Shown here: in pieces, positions 23,696-36,791 of the stretch
Layout of the letters: every line of letters begins with the position of its first letter
Position numbering within the stretch: the stretch's first letter is position 1
Assembly: GCF_018977255.1 (NCBI RefSeq)
Contig: NW_024704743.1
Span: 34,660,001 to 34,724,000 of the forward strand
Length of the DNA stretch: 64,000 bases
Reading direction: 5' to 3'
From: Callorhinchus milii
Lineage: Eukaryota
Program-made: the position numbers and the translations under genes
The notes under the pieces: model-generated
What the model saw: the letters and a program-made list of their open reading frames with translations, nothing else
What the model was told of the DNA's origin: nothing
The model's database searches: none

Positions 23696-24475
23696 CCTCT
23701 AGCAACCCAGCATTTTGGAAGAAAAAAAGCCCACGGCGATTGATTCCCCTCCTCAGGTGTGTGTGTGTGTGTGTGTGTGTTTTTTTTTGGGGGGAAGAGA
23801 AATAAAAATTCCAATTCCGTGTTTTTTTTTTTTGGGGGGGGGGGGCGGGGATCGATCCCAACGAGCGTCAGCGCCCCAGAAGCTAAACTTCCCGAATGAC
23901 AGCTTCCCGGGATCCGCTCAAACCGAAAGCCTCGAGAGGTCACTGCGCCCCCGTCTCCCGGTTCGAGCAACGCTCCCAAAAACGCTTCCCACAAAAGAAC
24001 AGTGTGCGTCCAGCCCTCCCTTTTCCCTTCTCTCTCTCTCCCCCCCACACACACACACACTCACACACCCGCTCCCCCTCTCCAGTTGGAGGGCAGTGTC
24101 AATGTGGATGGATGGAGGAAGCTCAGGACGGATGTGCTCGAGTTGTTCCCCGATGCCCAGACTTTGCGGTGTGTGTGTCTGTGTGTGTGTCTGAGCCCCG
24201 GGACCCGGGACCTGCTGTCAGCGCTGAACTGTGCTGTTGGCCACTCGCGAGGCTCTGCTCCCCCTTCGCTTTGCTCAGCCCCCGCCCCCCCCCCCCCAGC
24301 CCTGCCCCACGGCGCCCCGCCCCCCCCCCCCAGCCCTGCCCCACGGAGCCCACGCCTCCCCCCTCCCCCGCTTCCAAAATGCTTCAACTTTTCCGCTCAC
24401 ACGTTGCTTCAGGGAAGCCAGTTCGCTCTCTTCCGCAGATTGCCTGACATCATTCCGAGGAATGCCTTCCCCTCT

Positions 24476-24508
<33 letters not shown>

Positions 24509-24973
24509 TGTGTGTGTGAGAGTGTGTGAGAGAGAGTGTGAGAGTGTGAGTGTGTGTGTGTGAGTGTGTGTGTGTGAGTGTGAGAGAGAGTGTGAGAGTG
24601 TGTGTGTGTGAGAGTGTGAGAGTGTGTGTGTGTGAGAGAGAGAGTGTGTGAGAGAGAGTGTGAGAGTGTGAGTGTGTGTGTGTGAGTGTGAGAGAGTGTG
24701 AGAGAGAGTGTGTGTGTGTGAGAGAGTGTGTGTGAGAGTGTGTGAGAGTGTGTGTGTGTGAGAGTGTGTGAGAGAGAGAGAGTGTGTGTAAGAGAGTGTG
24801 TGTGTGTGAGAGTGTGTGTGTGTGTGAGAGAGAGTGTGTGTGAGTGTGTGTGTGAGAGTGTGTGTGAGAGAGTGTGAGTGTGTGTGTGAGAGAGTGTGTG
24901 TGTGAGAGAGTGTGTGTGTGTGTGTGTGAGAGTGTGTGTGAGAGTGTGTGTGTGAGAGAGTGTGTGAGTGTGT
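24476..24973. repeat. Compound (GT)n/(GA)n microsatellite, about 500 bp
   Basis: Uninterrupted alternation of GT and GA dinucleotide runs, followed by a G-run. Confidence 0.98.
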
Positions 24974-25565
24974 GGGGGGTGGGGGGGGGGAGATGCTGTT
25001 GAGCTGTTGGATTGAAACTACATCAGCTCAAGTCTGTGAAATACCAGGTTTTAAACCCTGCCCATCCGGAGAGCAAACACATCCTCACTACTTACTGTAT
25101 TTTGAGAATTCACCTCATTGAAGGAAAACCTCTGAGAGAGCTCTGATCAAATCCAATGATGTGGCAAAATCTCCTCTAATTTAGCCTCTGGAACAAGCGA
25201 AAGACGGGTAAAGTCGGGCAGTTGTGCGCCACTGGAAAACATTGGCTGCTTGTTTATCACCTGTGTTAGTTACCTGGGGAATTGGCATGGCTGGAGCTCG
25301 TGTGTGGTGACTGACCTCTGGGGGGGGGGGGGGGGGGGGGTGTAAAACAAATCAATCGGCTTTTCTACAGTGAGACAGACACCTTGCAAAACGTGGACAA
25401 GGTGAACAGTGCAACCCAGGGAGCACAGGACTGCAGCCTCTCATTACCAAAGCAACCTCTTGCCAAATGTAACCAGAAGCTGGTACACATGCAGCGCTCC
25501 CACCGCCTTTCTTTACAGACCAGTTTGCAGGAGTTATGAAGGAGCCGTTTAAAAGGAAGAGTCAG

Positions 25566-25663
25566 ATTAATATATGCACATTAATATATGCACATTAATA
25601 TATGCACATTAATATATGCACATTAATATATGCACATTAATATATGCACATTAATATATGCAC
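25566..25663. repeat. Perfect 14-bp tandem repeat (ATTAATATATGCAC)x7
   Basis: Seven identical units counted. Confidence 0.98.
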
Positions 25664-28393
25664 ATGCTCTGGCGACTGAGTGAATGGGGACTAATGAAGT
25701 TGATAGGATTTTTTTTTCCCCCATTGGGTTCGGTAAGGATTGCCAGGATTATTATTGTTTGTTGTTGTGACTGTCGGGAGAGATGTTTTTTTGTCCCAGC
25801 CTCGGAGGATCCACAAGTGGAGTGGTTGTGGTTGGCTGTAATGAAGAGTTTCAGCAAACAGAGCAGTGTCACGGGGCTATCTTTAGCTGCCCCAGTGGAT
25901 GGAGACAGATCAGCATTTCAATACTTAAAAGACCCGCAAGTTTCTCCGTAAAACAGTCCACAATTGTAGGCTTTGGGGGTTGAGCATCGAGACACGGTAC
26001 ACCAGTCTATATATAATTAATTGACGTGAGCTGAATGGGAAAAAAACAACACAATGGCTCAATAAATTACTTGTAACATTAGCAATGCTTACAGTGTTAC
26101 TGTTAAAAGGAAAAGCTCCATTTCAAAATAATAATAGTAAATGATCCAAATGAACAACTGTCTGTGTTAGAATACGCTAAATTTATACCTTTCATTTGAA
26201 AAACTAACAGTAAGTCACAGAGGAATAAATTGAGGGGTGAAGGGTATCATCAACTGCCTCCTAAAAGACACAACGATTTGAGATGTGGGACTCACCTGCC
26301 TAATGTTCACTCCAGTTTCCTTTCAATTGGATCTGAACGGGTTCAAGTAGCTGGGGGGTATAGTAATAATAATTCTTGCATTTGATACAGCACCTTGTCA
26401 CCTCACAGAAACATCTCAAAGCACTTCACAGGAATGAACAATTTTATCTGGAGGATTGTTGGCTAGGACCCTGGGAGAAACTCCCATAATATTGGAAATA
26501 CAACAACAAAATTACATTTGTAAAGCACCTTTCACATGGGGAGGACGTCCCAAATAGTGCCAAGGGACCTTTAATCTCCATCTGAACAGGTAGACCAGAC
26601 CTTGATTTAATGTCTCATCTGAAGGACAGCAGCTGTGACAATGCAGCTTCCCCCCCATTGAATTGGAGAATCAGCCTAGAGACTGTGAGTTCAAAGTCTT
26701 GGTGAGGGGTTTGAACCACAACCCTCCGACTCAGAGGTGAGATTGCTGCCAACAGAGCCAGGCTGACACAGTAATACTGTATTTGTTATGGCATGTACAA
26801 TGTCATCTATTGAAACAAAAGACAGACAGGAATGCCTGGCTTCACTTCCCATTTCTTGCCATGGAAATAAGAAACATGAAGAGAGCAGCCTGTTGGGAGT
26901 GTATCACATTAGATCTCAATTAACTACTGTACTATAAAGGTAGAGGCACAGCGCCCAGTCTTTGGATCTAAACATTGTATTGCATTACCCAAGATAATTG
27001 AAATAATCTAACTACCTACGAAATCTATAAGTAACTGGAACAGTCCACTTTGTTAATCTGAGTTATGTATTCAATCTGCACATTGCCAATAGGCCACATT
27101 ACATAACCCGTTGAACAACCAATAACCCAGGAGTCCAGGGATGTACATGGAGGCAGCCTTGAGGGTATGTGTCAGCAGGCTGATTGACCGAAAAGAGTAT
27201 TAGAGCCAATCTCAATCCTATTTACCACCCAGTGTCCCCATGTACACACCTCCAGCTCTGGATGGCATTGAAGAATGAAAATTCTGACTGATGTTCAATT
27301 CCGTAATCTGAGCACTTGAGACCAATTTCAGTGCTGCTTCCCCCTCTGTCTGGGGGCAGCTGACTGAGGAAGCTCTCCCAGTTTTTAGGGTTCAGATTCT
27401 TGCAGAACAAACTCGCTGAGCTTTTGTGGAAGCCACACATAGGTCTGAATATGTCTATTATCCTGTGTGACATACATTTTGCCAGATAATGATTCATTCA
27501 TCATGCAGAAAAGCAAATATGGGGAATATGAATGATGATGGAACACTTATTGTTTGACAATTTGATGGAAAAGAAGTGAACTGCACCAAGTAGGAACATT
27601 AATTACCAGAACAATCAATCCATTAGCATTTATTACAATTGAATAAATCCAGGTTCCAAGAAAATAATTTGAAAACTGAAATTAGGCCATAGAAAAGCCA
27701 ATGGCCAGTTGTGATTCTTTATTTAGCAATAAGTGTCACCAAGCATTGACCAATCATTTATCTCCAGTGCTTTCTGGGTAGGATGAGGAAACTTCCTTGG
27801 TGGATGGCATCTCTTTCCTCTGTGGAGACTCAAGGGAACATTAATAGTGTCTGCAAGGAAAAGATCAATGACAGTAATAAAATAACACATTCCGGATATT
27901 TCAGTTGGTTGTGGGAATAGTATTATGATATTGCATTTTCATGAAAAGTTGACCGATTTATAAACCAATTGTAAAATCTAATACACAGCATTTACAATAA
28001 TGAATGAACATTATACAAACAGGTTTCAACCTTGGGAAGCTCCAAACACTAACTGAAATGACTCTTAGGAAAATATAGCTTCTGCTAGACAGTGGGTCTC
28101 AACGGGATTTGAGCGGGTTTGGGATGTTGATCATCTGGCAGGTATCAAGATGGCAAAAAGACCTCAATAAAACATGGTTATAAACTCCAGGAAAGATTAA
28201 AGATAAGACTATATTCCTTACTTCAAGAACCAATAAATCCCACAAATACACAGATTTTTTTTAAAATCAGGAATTGTGGTAAATTCAATTATTTTTATAT
28301 GTGTCCCCAAATTTAGTTTACAAAATACGGTCACCCAACCTCTGTATCACTCTGCTTCACTCCTCCATCTCATCGCCTGCTGAATGCCCTACC

Positions 28394-28975
28394 CTGAAAC
28401 CCTAGTCCATGCCTTTGTCATTTCTCAGCTGGATTATTCTAACACCCTCCTTGCTGGTCTCCCCTCCACTACCATCCATAAAATCCAGATCATTCAAAAC
28501 TCTGCCGCCCGCATTCTCACCCGCACGAAACTTCACTCCCCAATTACCCCAGTCCTTGCCAGACTGCACTGGCTGCCTGTCCCAGAGAGGATCGACTTCA
28601 AGATCCTCACCCTTGTATTCAAATCCCTCCACTCCTCTGCACCCCTCTACCTCTCTGATCTCTCTCCTCAAAACAGTACCCGTTGCCTTCGTTCCTCCGG
28701 GTTTGGCCTCCTCCTAGTCCCCCGAGTCCTCCATTCCAGCCTCGGCGGCCGTGCCTTCAGCCACTATGCCCCGAGGCTCTGGAACTACCATCCTCACTCC
28801 CTTCGTCTTGCTCCCTCTCTTCCTATTTTCAGGTCTCTACTGAAGACCTTTCTCTTCGACCGTGCCTTTGGTCACCTTCCTCCCTCTATCCCTGGTTCGG
28901 CGCCGGGATCCATTACTCTAAAGCGCTCTGAGACGTGGAGGGCACTATATAAATTCAAGTTTTTGTTGTTGTTGT
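28394..28975 (+). mobile_element. L2 family B 3' fragment
   Basis: [34 protein letters not shown] and APRLWN motifs; family B 3' end; TTG tail. Confidence 0.9.
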
Positions 28976-29230
28976 GGGATCATTTGCTGATACTACAACA
29001 AATGCAATATTTGATCCTTAGTTATTTCCCACAGCAGTGCCCTTGGCCCCAAAATACATATTCATATGAGACATACATTGATAGAAACCTCCTGTCTCAC
29101 ATACCATGTTATCAGCCCGCAATGTTTATATATCTTTGAGACCAAGCACAGGTAAGCGTCACCTTTATTCATGTGATAGTACGCTCTATCTGGTCAGAAG
29201 GTTGATTCCATTGTTATTTTCACTTGTCTT

Positions 29231-29312
29231 CCCGGGATCCGTTAGTGTAAAGCACTCTGAGACGCCGTCTGGCGTGGAGTGCGCTATATAAATCCAAGTT
29301 GTTGTTGTTGTT
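29231..29312 (+). mobile_element. L2 family B, 3' tail only
   Basis: CCCGGGATCCGTT...CTCTGAGACGCCGTCTGGCGTGGAG...AAATCCAAG(TTG)n. Confidence 0.85.
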
Positions 29313-30275
29313 CCTGATGCTACCTTTCTTCTCTCTCATATGATTACGTACATTTGTGAGGTAACAACTAGACATGTCCTTGTCTATAGCAAGCCAATTA
29401 TTTTCCCATTTCATTAAATTGCAGGATTGAAACGCAGGCTCCTGTAACATTGTGTGCCGCTGACATAAAGATTTTATTAATCAGAGAAAAAACTAAAAAT
29501 AGCCTTTTATTCATTCAGGCATACTTGGCAAACTTGAACTTAGCAAATATATAAGCATGCATCAATAAAATACTGTAATGTAATGTTTAGACATGGAGAG
29601 TAGAACACTTGCATTATTCTATTCAAACAAAAGTATTCAAACAGAACTCAAACAGAACTTAACCACTTTGTCACTCATAGAATAAATTAAGAATCAATTA
29701 AATTAATACATTTCCACTGTATCCTTTCCACATTCTTATACAACAACAATCTGCATTTTGCGGGGCAGCATCTTGGAGTGCTTAATAGTGGTGGAGCTTG
29801 ATGCCGAGCCAGGGCGAGGATGGAGGTGACCTTGGCATATTAGAAAAGGAAGAGCTTCATGTGTGATTTGAAGACAGGCAATTTTCACCATGTTATAAAT
29901 GATATGCATAGAGAAAAACAGCTTACACAGTCACCACACTTTGCAATTATTCCTGTGAAGTGCTTTGAAATGTCCTCCTGACATGAAAGACGTAACATCA
30001 AATGCAAGAATCACTATTATTTTATTATGTTGTATATATATATAATAAATATATATAGCAAAGATTTACTTAAAATGAACTAATTTATTAGCATGGTAAG
30101 GTCTTTGGATATAAATGAGGAACATTTTGCTTACTAGAGCCCAGAGTGAGCTATGTCTGGAGTAAGGCGAGGCCAGAGTGAAAAGGAATTGGGTGAGAGT
30201 GGGAATTAGGTGCAGAGGGGGAAGTATATCTTCTAAACAACTATAATACAGGGATAAATAGAGTGAGCGGAGAGA

Positions 30276-31170
30276 ATGACCTGGCAGGTGATGTGTGAGG
30301 AATGTGGTATGTGGGAGTTGATGGAGGGCAACCTGAGCCCGGGCGATTTCATCTGCAGCAAATGTCTGCAACTGAGGAAGCTCCAGCTTAGAATAGCTGA
30401 GCTGGAATCTCAGGTAGAGACACTGCGCAGCATTAGAGATGGGGAGAGCTTCCTGGACAGTTTCATCCTGGAGCCAGACACTCCCATGAGTCCCAGGGAT
30501 CATTCCATTGCCAGCCACGAACAGGACTGGGTGACAGTCAGACAGGCGCGTAAGAGGATCCGAAAGAGAGGGGCAGAGGAACCCCAGGCTTTAACCTTGT
30601 CCAACAGCTATGAAATACTTACAACCTGTGTGGACAAGGAAGTCTGTGAGGAAGATGGGCAAACTTACCCCAACACCTCTATACAGGAGGCCAAACTGGG
30701 AAAAGTCAGAAAGAATATAGTGGTGATTGGGGATGAGACAGTCAGGAAGACTGACACACTTTTCTGCAGCCGTAGCAAGGAGATAAGAAGACTGGCTGGA
30801 GAAAAATTTGAAACAGGAGGGAATGAATCCAATAGTTATGATTCACATAGGGACCAATGATGTAGGTAGGACAGGTAGGATGAGTTGAGGAGCAAGTTCC
30901 GGGAATTGGGAGTTAAGCTAAAGAGTAGAACATCGAAGGTGTTAATATCGTGATTATTATCTGAGCCAGGGGAAAATTGGTATAGGCAAAAGAAAATTCA
31001 AGAGCTGAATACCTGGCTAAAAGAATGGTGCAGACGGCAGGGGTTTCACTTTCTAGGCCACTGGCACCAGTACTGGGGGAGACAGGAGCTATTCCAAAGA
31101 ATGGACTCCACCTAAACAGGGCTGAGACAAATGTCCTGGCAACACGAATAATAGGGAGGTAGACAGGGCT
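30276..31170 (+). pseudogene. CR1 ORF1 remnant (zinc finger, coiled coil, SGNH-esterase-like domain)
   Basis: MCEECGMWE...FICSKCLQLRKLQLRIAELESQVETLRSIR; VVIGDE; after a frameshift, IHIGTND and WCRRQGF-type segments. Confidence 0.8.
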
Positions 31171-31339
31171 TTAAACTACTAAGGGGGCGGGGGGTAAATT
31201 CAATCAGATGTAATCCGTTACAATTAAAATTAGGATTGATGAAAGTGGGAGCGCAGATTAACCAAGGAGATGAGCAAAGGGTGTCAAACGGGGAAAGGAA
31301 GCCCAGGGATAGACTGGTGAATAGGACTAATAGCCCGAA

Positions 31340-34115
31340 GTCAGAATTAAAGGTGCTATATCTGAATGCGCGAAGCATTCGAAACAAGATAGATGAGTTA
31401 AATGCACAAATAGAAACAAACGGGTATGATCTGGTTGCCATCACCGAGGCATGGTTACAGGGAGATCAAGGGTGGGAGCTAAATATTCCAGGGTACGTGG
31501 TGTATAGGAAAGATAGGCAATGTGGTAAACGAGGAGGGGGGTGGCCCTGCTAATAAAGGATGGGATAAAAACAGTAGAGAGGAAAGATTTTAAATCAGAA
31601 AAGCAGGAAGTAGAGTCAGTATGGGTAGAGGTACGTAACAACAAGGGGCAGAAAACTCTAGTGGGAGTAGTTTATAGACCCCCGAACAGCAGTCACAGTA
31701 TCTCTCAAGGTATAAATCAGGAAATTAGCAGAGCATGTAGTAAAGAAAAACATTAATTGTGGGTGATTTTAATCTGCACATAGATTGGGACAACCAAATT
31801 GGGAAAAGTATGAAAGAGGAAGAGTTTATAGAATGTATTAGGGATAATTATCTAGATCAGTATGCCGAGGAGCCAACCAGGGAATAGGCCATATTAGACC
31901 TTGTTTTGTGCAATGAAGCAGGGCTGATCAGCAAACTGGAAATTAAGGCTCCTCTAGGGCAAAGTGATCATAATAAGGTGGAATTTAGCTTTAAGTTAGA
32001 GAGAGAAATAGTTAAGTCTGAAGCAAAGGTTTCAAATTTAAGTAGAGCCAATTTTGCTGGTATGAGAGAGGATTTAGCCAAAATAAACTGGGAAATTAGA
32101 CTTAAGGATTTGACAGTAGACCAGCAATGGCAGACGTTTAAGGAGATAGTGCAAAATTTCCAACGAGCACGTATTCCTTTGAGGAATAAGAATGCTATGG
32201 GGAAGGTGGCCCAACCGTGGCTAACTAGAACAGTTAGGGAAAGTATAAAGTTAAAGGAAGAAGCCTATAAAACAGCTAAGATGAGTAGTAAACCCAACGA
32301 TTGGGATAACTTTAGGGATCAACAAAGAAGAACCAAAAAAGTGATTAAGAGGGAGAAAATGGAATATGAGCAACTAGCGAAGAACATAAAGACAGACTGC
32401 AAGAGTTTTTATAAATATATAAAGAGGAAGAGGCTGTCAAGGGTAAGTGTGGGTCCGCTACAGGCAGAGACGGGGGAATTATAGTAGGGGACAAAGACAT
32501 GGCAGAGTCATTAAACAAGTACTTTGCTACTGTCTTCACCTTAGAAGACACTGAAAAACTACCAAGAATAGAGGGGAACCAAGAAGAAAATGTTAGCGAG
32601 CAACTTGAAGGAATTAATCTTAGTAAAGAAATGGTTTTAGGTAAATAATCAGGTCTTAAAACTGATTGATCTCCTGGACCTGATGGCCTACATCCTAGGG
32701 TTTTAAAAGAGGTGGCTAAATTCTCTGGATTCTGGAACGGTTCCCATTGATTGGAAGATTGCAAAGGTGACACCACTATTGAAGAAGGGTGGGAGAGAAA
32801 AGATGGGGAACTATAGACCAGTTAGTCTGACTTCAGTGGTAGGGAAAATTCTTGAGTCCTTAATCAAGGATGTCGTTATGGGATTCCTGGAAGACCATAA
32901 CAAGATTAGGCAGAGTCAACATGGCTTTACAAAAGGGAAGTCATGCTTAACTAATCTTTTAGAGTTTTTTGAAGATGTATCCAGCAGGTTAGATAGGGGG
33001 AACCAGTAGATGTAGTATATTTAGATTTTAAAAAGGCATTTGACAAAGTGCCACACAAAAGGCTATTGCACAAGGTTAAGGCCCACGGGATTAATGGGAA
33101 CAAAATAACATGGATTGAAGAGTGGCTAACGGGTAGAAAACAGAGAGTAGGGATAAACGGGTCATTCTTGAATTGGCAGGATGTGACGAGTGGAGTGCCA
33201 CAAGGATCAGTGCTTGGGCCTCAGCTATTTACAATTTACATCAATGATCTAGACGAGGACATTGAATGTAACGTATCTAAATTCATGGATGACACTAAAC
33301 TAGGCGGGAGAGTAAGCTCTGAGGATGATGCAAAAAGATTGCAACGGGATATAGATAGGCTAGGGGAGTGAGCGAGTAGGTGGCAGATGGAATTTAATGT
33401 GGGGAAGTGTGAAGTTATTCACTTAGGTAGAAAAAATAGAAAAACAGATTATTTTCTAGAGGGGGAGAGATTAGATAGTGTTAGTGTGCAGAGGGATTTG
33501 GGTGTCCTTGTACACCAGTCTCAAAAAGTTAGTTTGCAGGTGCAGCAAGCAACTAAGAAGGCGAACGGCATGTTATCGTTCATTGCAAAAGGTTTAGAGT
33601 ACAAGAGTAGGGAAGTCTTGCTGCAACTGTATAGGGCCTTGGTGAGACCGTACCTAGAGTATTGTGTGCAGTTTTGGTCTCCTTATTTAAAAAAGGACAT
33701 ACTTGCCCTAGAAGGGGTGCAGCGTAGATTCACTAGGTTAGTTCCTGGGATGAGGGGACTGACCTATGAAGATAGGCTGAATAAACTAGGGCTATATTCT
33801 CTGGAGTACAGAAGAATTAGGGGAGATCTTATTGAAACATATAAGATTCTTAAAGGGCTCAATAAAGTAGACACTGAGGGTCTGTTTCCTCTGGTAGGAG
33901 AATCTATAACCAGGGGTCACAGTCTTAAAATTAAGGGTCAGCCTTTTAGAACAGAGTTGAGGAAACATTTCTTCACTCAGAGGACAGTGAATTTATGGAA
34001 TTCACTACCCCAGAAGGCTGCCGATGCTCAGCCCTTGAATATCTTCAAGGCTGAGACTGATAGATTTTTTAAAAATAGAGGGATTAGGGGATATGGGGAT
34101 AGGGCAGGTAATTAG
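31340..34115 (+). pseudogene. CR1 ORF2 remnant (APE endonuclease plus reverse transcriptase)
   Basis: Split across ORF-track entries 31236-31553, 31541-31756, 31906-32484, 32767-33009, 33048-33371 and 33387-34115 by frameshifts and stops. Confidence 0.9.
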
Positions 34116-34494
34116 AGTTAGGTCTGAAGATCAGTCATGATCTTATCGAATGGCGGGGCAGGCTCGAGGGGCCGAATGGCCTACTCCTGCTCCTAATTCT
34201 TATGTTCTTATGTTCTTAAATGGCTGTTGAATGGCAGTTTCTTTCCCCATTCAGTTTCATATAATTTTTTATTAAATGTTATATTAGCCTCAATGACTTT
34301 GGCCTGAGTATCTTATGAAGTCAAGTGTAATGTACTTTGAAGAAGTAAAGAAATATAGTATCTATGGGTTTTCTAAGTATCTGCTTGATTGCTAAATTAA
34401 TTTGAACTGTTGCTTATTGAATTTGGATGTAAAGGGTGTGGGGATGTGGGGCTGGGAAACAAATGCACGGAGCAATTTAATTACAATAAATACA

Positions 34495-34860
34495 CAACAA
34501 CAAGTTGCATTTATATATCGTGCCCCTCATGCAGGGTAGCATCTCAGAGTGATTGACAGTGGCGGAGCACGACACTGAGCCAGGAGGAGGTGACTGTAAG
34601 CACGGTCGAAGAAGAAGATCTTCAAGCGTGACCTGAAGATAGGGAAGGAGGGGACAAGGCAGAGGGATTGAGGGAGAGTGTTCCAGAGTTTCAGGACCTA
34701 GTGGCTGAAAGTGCAGCCACCGATGGTGGAATGTAGGGCATGAGGGTCAAGCAGGAAGCTAGAGCCAGTTGAGCGAAGGCAACGGGTAGTAGATTGGGAA
34801 GTAACAGGATCGGTGAAGTAGGGAGGTGCCAGGATGTGAAGGAATTTAAAGACGACTGTC
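34495..34860 (-). mobile_element. Older L2 family C 3' fragment (related pieces at ~11200-11450 +, ~29740-29880 -, ~39680-39830 -)
   Basis: CAACAACAAGTTGCATTTATA tail; reverse strand has L2 C-terminal LWNTLP-type coding remnants. Confidence 0.7.
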
Positions 34861-36411
34861 TTCAAAAACTACGGAATGAGTTGCAGATTTCAGTAACTAT
34901 TTTTGGAGATGCGTCTGATCTGAACTGGTAATAGTGTTTTTCATCAAGTAAAATAAATGGGAACTGCGTACAGCAAAAGGCTTGTAAAGCTGCTGACTGT
35001 GCGCATACCTCCAGTAAAAGCCAGTGACAGGTCTGGAAAATATAGCCTTTCATAAAATTGTGATGTACTTTAATAAACCAAGGAATCTCTAGGTCCTCTG
35101 AGGTCTGAACACCAGGCTTTCAAACCTTGGAATATATTTATTCAATTACGAAAACATTCTTTGCATTTATTACGAAGTAGGTGCTATTTGGTTTCCACAA
35201 AGGGATTTGAAGGCTTTTATGCTGAAGTAGGAACTGAACACTAATTACTTTGTGAGAACTCTGTGCCTGATTTAATGGATAGTGCTCCAGCTCTTTTTCC
35301 TTATTTTTTTGCTAATATTAAACTACAGATGGGAGATCTATTGAAAGGTACTGCTAAGTAACCAAACTACTATAAAAGATAGGAAGGAAGTAGATTTACC
35401 CTAAAGTAAGCTCAGTACAACTTTTTAAGAAACTAAGACTGTCTGATCGTTGGAACATACTGCATTTCAAGATGTTGCTTAAGAATTCCGTTATTAGAAA
35501 TTATACCTCAATTAACGTGATTATTGAGTTGAGTAGATAGCAGCAGCTATTGGGCAACTATAGAGGTGAAATGATTGAGATCAGTGAGTTGCAATGTAGA
35601 TTTGCAGAGGCAAAGGCGCTATCATAACTTCCTGAGACAGTCAACGTCGGCAGTTCCCACTATTGAAAATATAAATCAGGAATCCTGAGGAGGAAACAAG
35701 GATATTCTGAATAGGGAAGGGGCGCTGTGGGGGGACTGTCAAAGAATTAGTTCAGGGAAATTTGTATACCATTATTGTTCAATATGTAAATATACATTTT
35801 AGCCAAGAAATTTGCCTCAGCAGTTTCCCCCAGGAACAAATAACAACGCTGGCTGCATCTCCCTGATTGCTCACTCCAACTCACTGGGCCTCTGCAGAAC
35901 CTTGGTGTTTAATCAACTGCTATGGAATCATCTGGTGAAGGCATTGAGTGAACACTTCCCACAAGGAAGCCCAGAGAAAACACTGGCTTGCAAACCATTC
36001 CAAACCATTTTCATACACCTCCTAGTGGTCAGATCAAGAGTATTATTTCACTTCAGGTTATTTTCATGTGACCACTGTCTGATATGAAACAGACTGATAA
36101 CAGCAACTGGAAGGTCCCAGGTTCAATCATTAGATTCTGCTAATTTAGCTGATCTCAGGTGAGACACTAAAATTGGAGCGTGGTGGGAGTTCTGGCTCTG
36201 CTGGAAAGTGCACAGGTGTAGACATGGCATGAGAACAGAATAGGACTGGACTGTGATGCCACACCTGGTTGCATTATCCCCAACACTCACTATTTGGACT
36301 CCAAAATGAAAAGTGGTCACTTGGGTGAGGTATCAGAGGGTGACTGATACCTATAGTTAAAGGAAAGTTATCAGGAACAAGACCAATGCTGAAACTAGAT
36401 TTCTAAGAGCC

Positions 36412-36791
36412 AATAATAATAATATTAATAATAATAATCCTTGCATTTGATGTCTTCGAGACATCCCAAAGCACTTCACAGAATATACTGTAAAGTAAAT
36501 TGACTGTATATTATTTTGTGGGCTAAACGCAGCAGCCAATTGTGCACAGACGTGTCCCACAAACAGTTGTGGAATGAAGTGACCAATTTTATTTATTTAT
36601 TTTTTTTGAAGGAATTATTACCCTTGGAAAAGTGATCCGCCAATCGACTAACAACTAGGTTCCTACTTACTGCTAGATAATCAGGGGCGTGTGGAGAAAG
36701 AAAACTTTCCCAACATTTCGCCCTGCCGGCAATTGAACCCAGGTCTCTCGTTTGCGAGGCGAATCCTCTAACCACTGAGCTACAAGGACTC
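36412..36791 (-). mobile_element. Full-length tRNA-derived SINE
   Basis: Same family; CAATAA on both flanks is a possible TSD. Confidence 0.9.

Larger units (their letters stand above)
22150..24470. promoter_or_regulatory. PXDC1: CpG-island-like promoter/first-exon region of PXDC1
   Basis: Visibly higher CpG and GC content than the flanks, spanning the start codon. GC boxes (CCCCGCCC) lie at about 24280-24330. The TSS was not determined. Confidence 0.75.
30150..34217 (+). mobile_element. Near-full-length CR1-clade LINE, inactivated
   Basis: ORF1 from 30276 has CxxC...CxxC, a coiled coil and esterase-like VVIGD remnants. ORF2 has endonuclease motifs (LYLNARSIRNK, VGVVYRPP, GDFN, SDHN) and RT motifs (NYRPVSLTS, QHGF, GVPQGSVLGP, FMDD). 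The 3' tail is (TTCTTATG)n. Several stops and frameshifts are present, and the 5' boundary is approximate. Confidence 0.93.

Noticed and set aside
22532..24563. Many overlapping ORFs rich in CV/HT/P/G repeats
   Set aside because: They arise from microsatellites and GC-rich promoter sequence that lack stop codons.
25566..25663. CRISPR-like array
   Set aside because: There are no unique spacers, there are no cas genes, and the context is eukaryotic.
30276..30860. A host zinc-finger gene
   Set aside because: It is CR1 ORF1, frameshifted and directly followed by the endonuclease-RT ORF2.
30060..34230. TSD for the CR1 element (CTTAAAATG versus CTTAAATG)
   Set aside because: The match is imperfect and AT-rich, overlaps the tail, and the 5' boundary is unknown.
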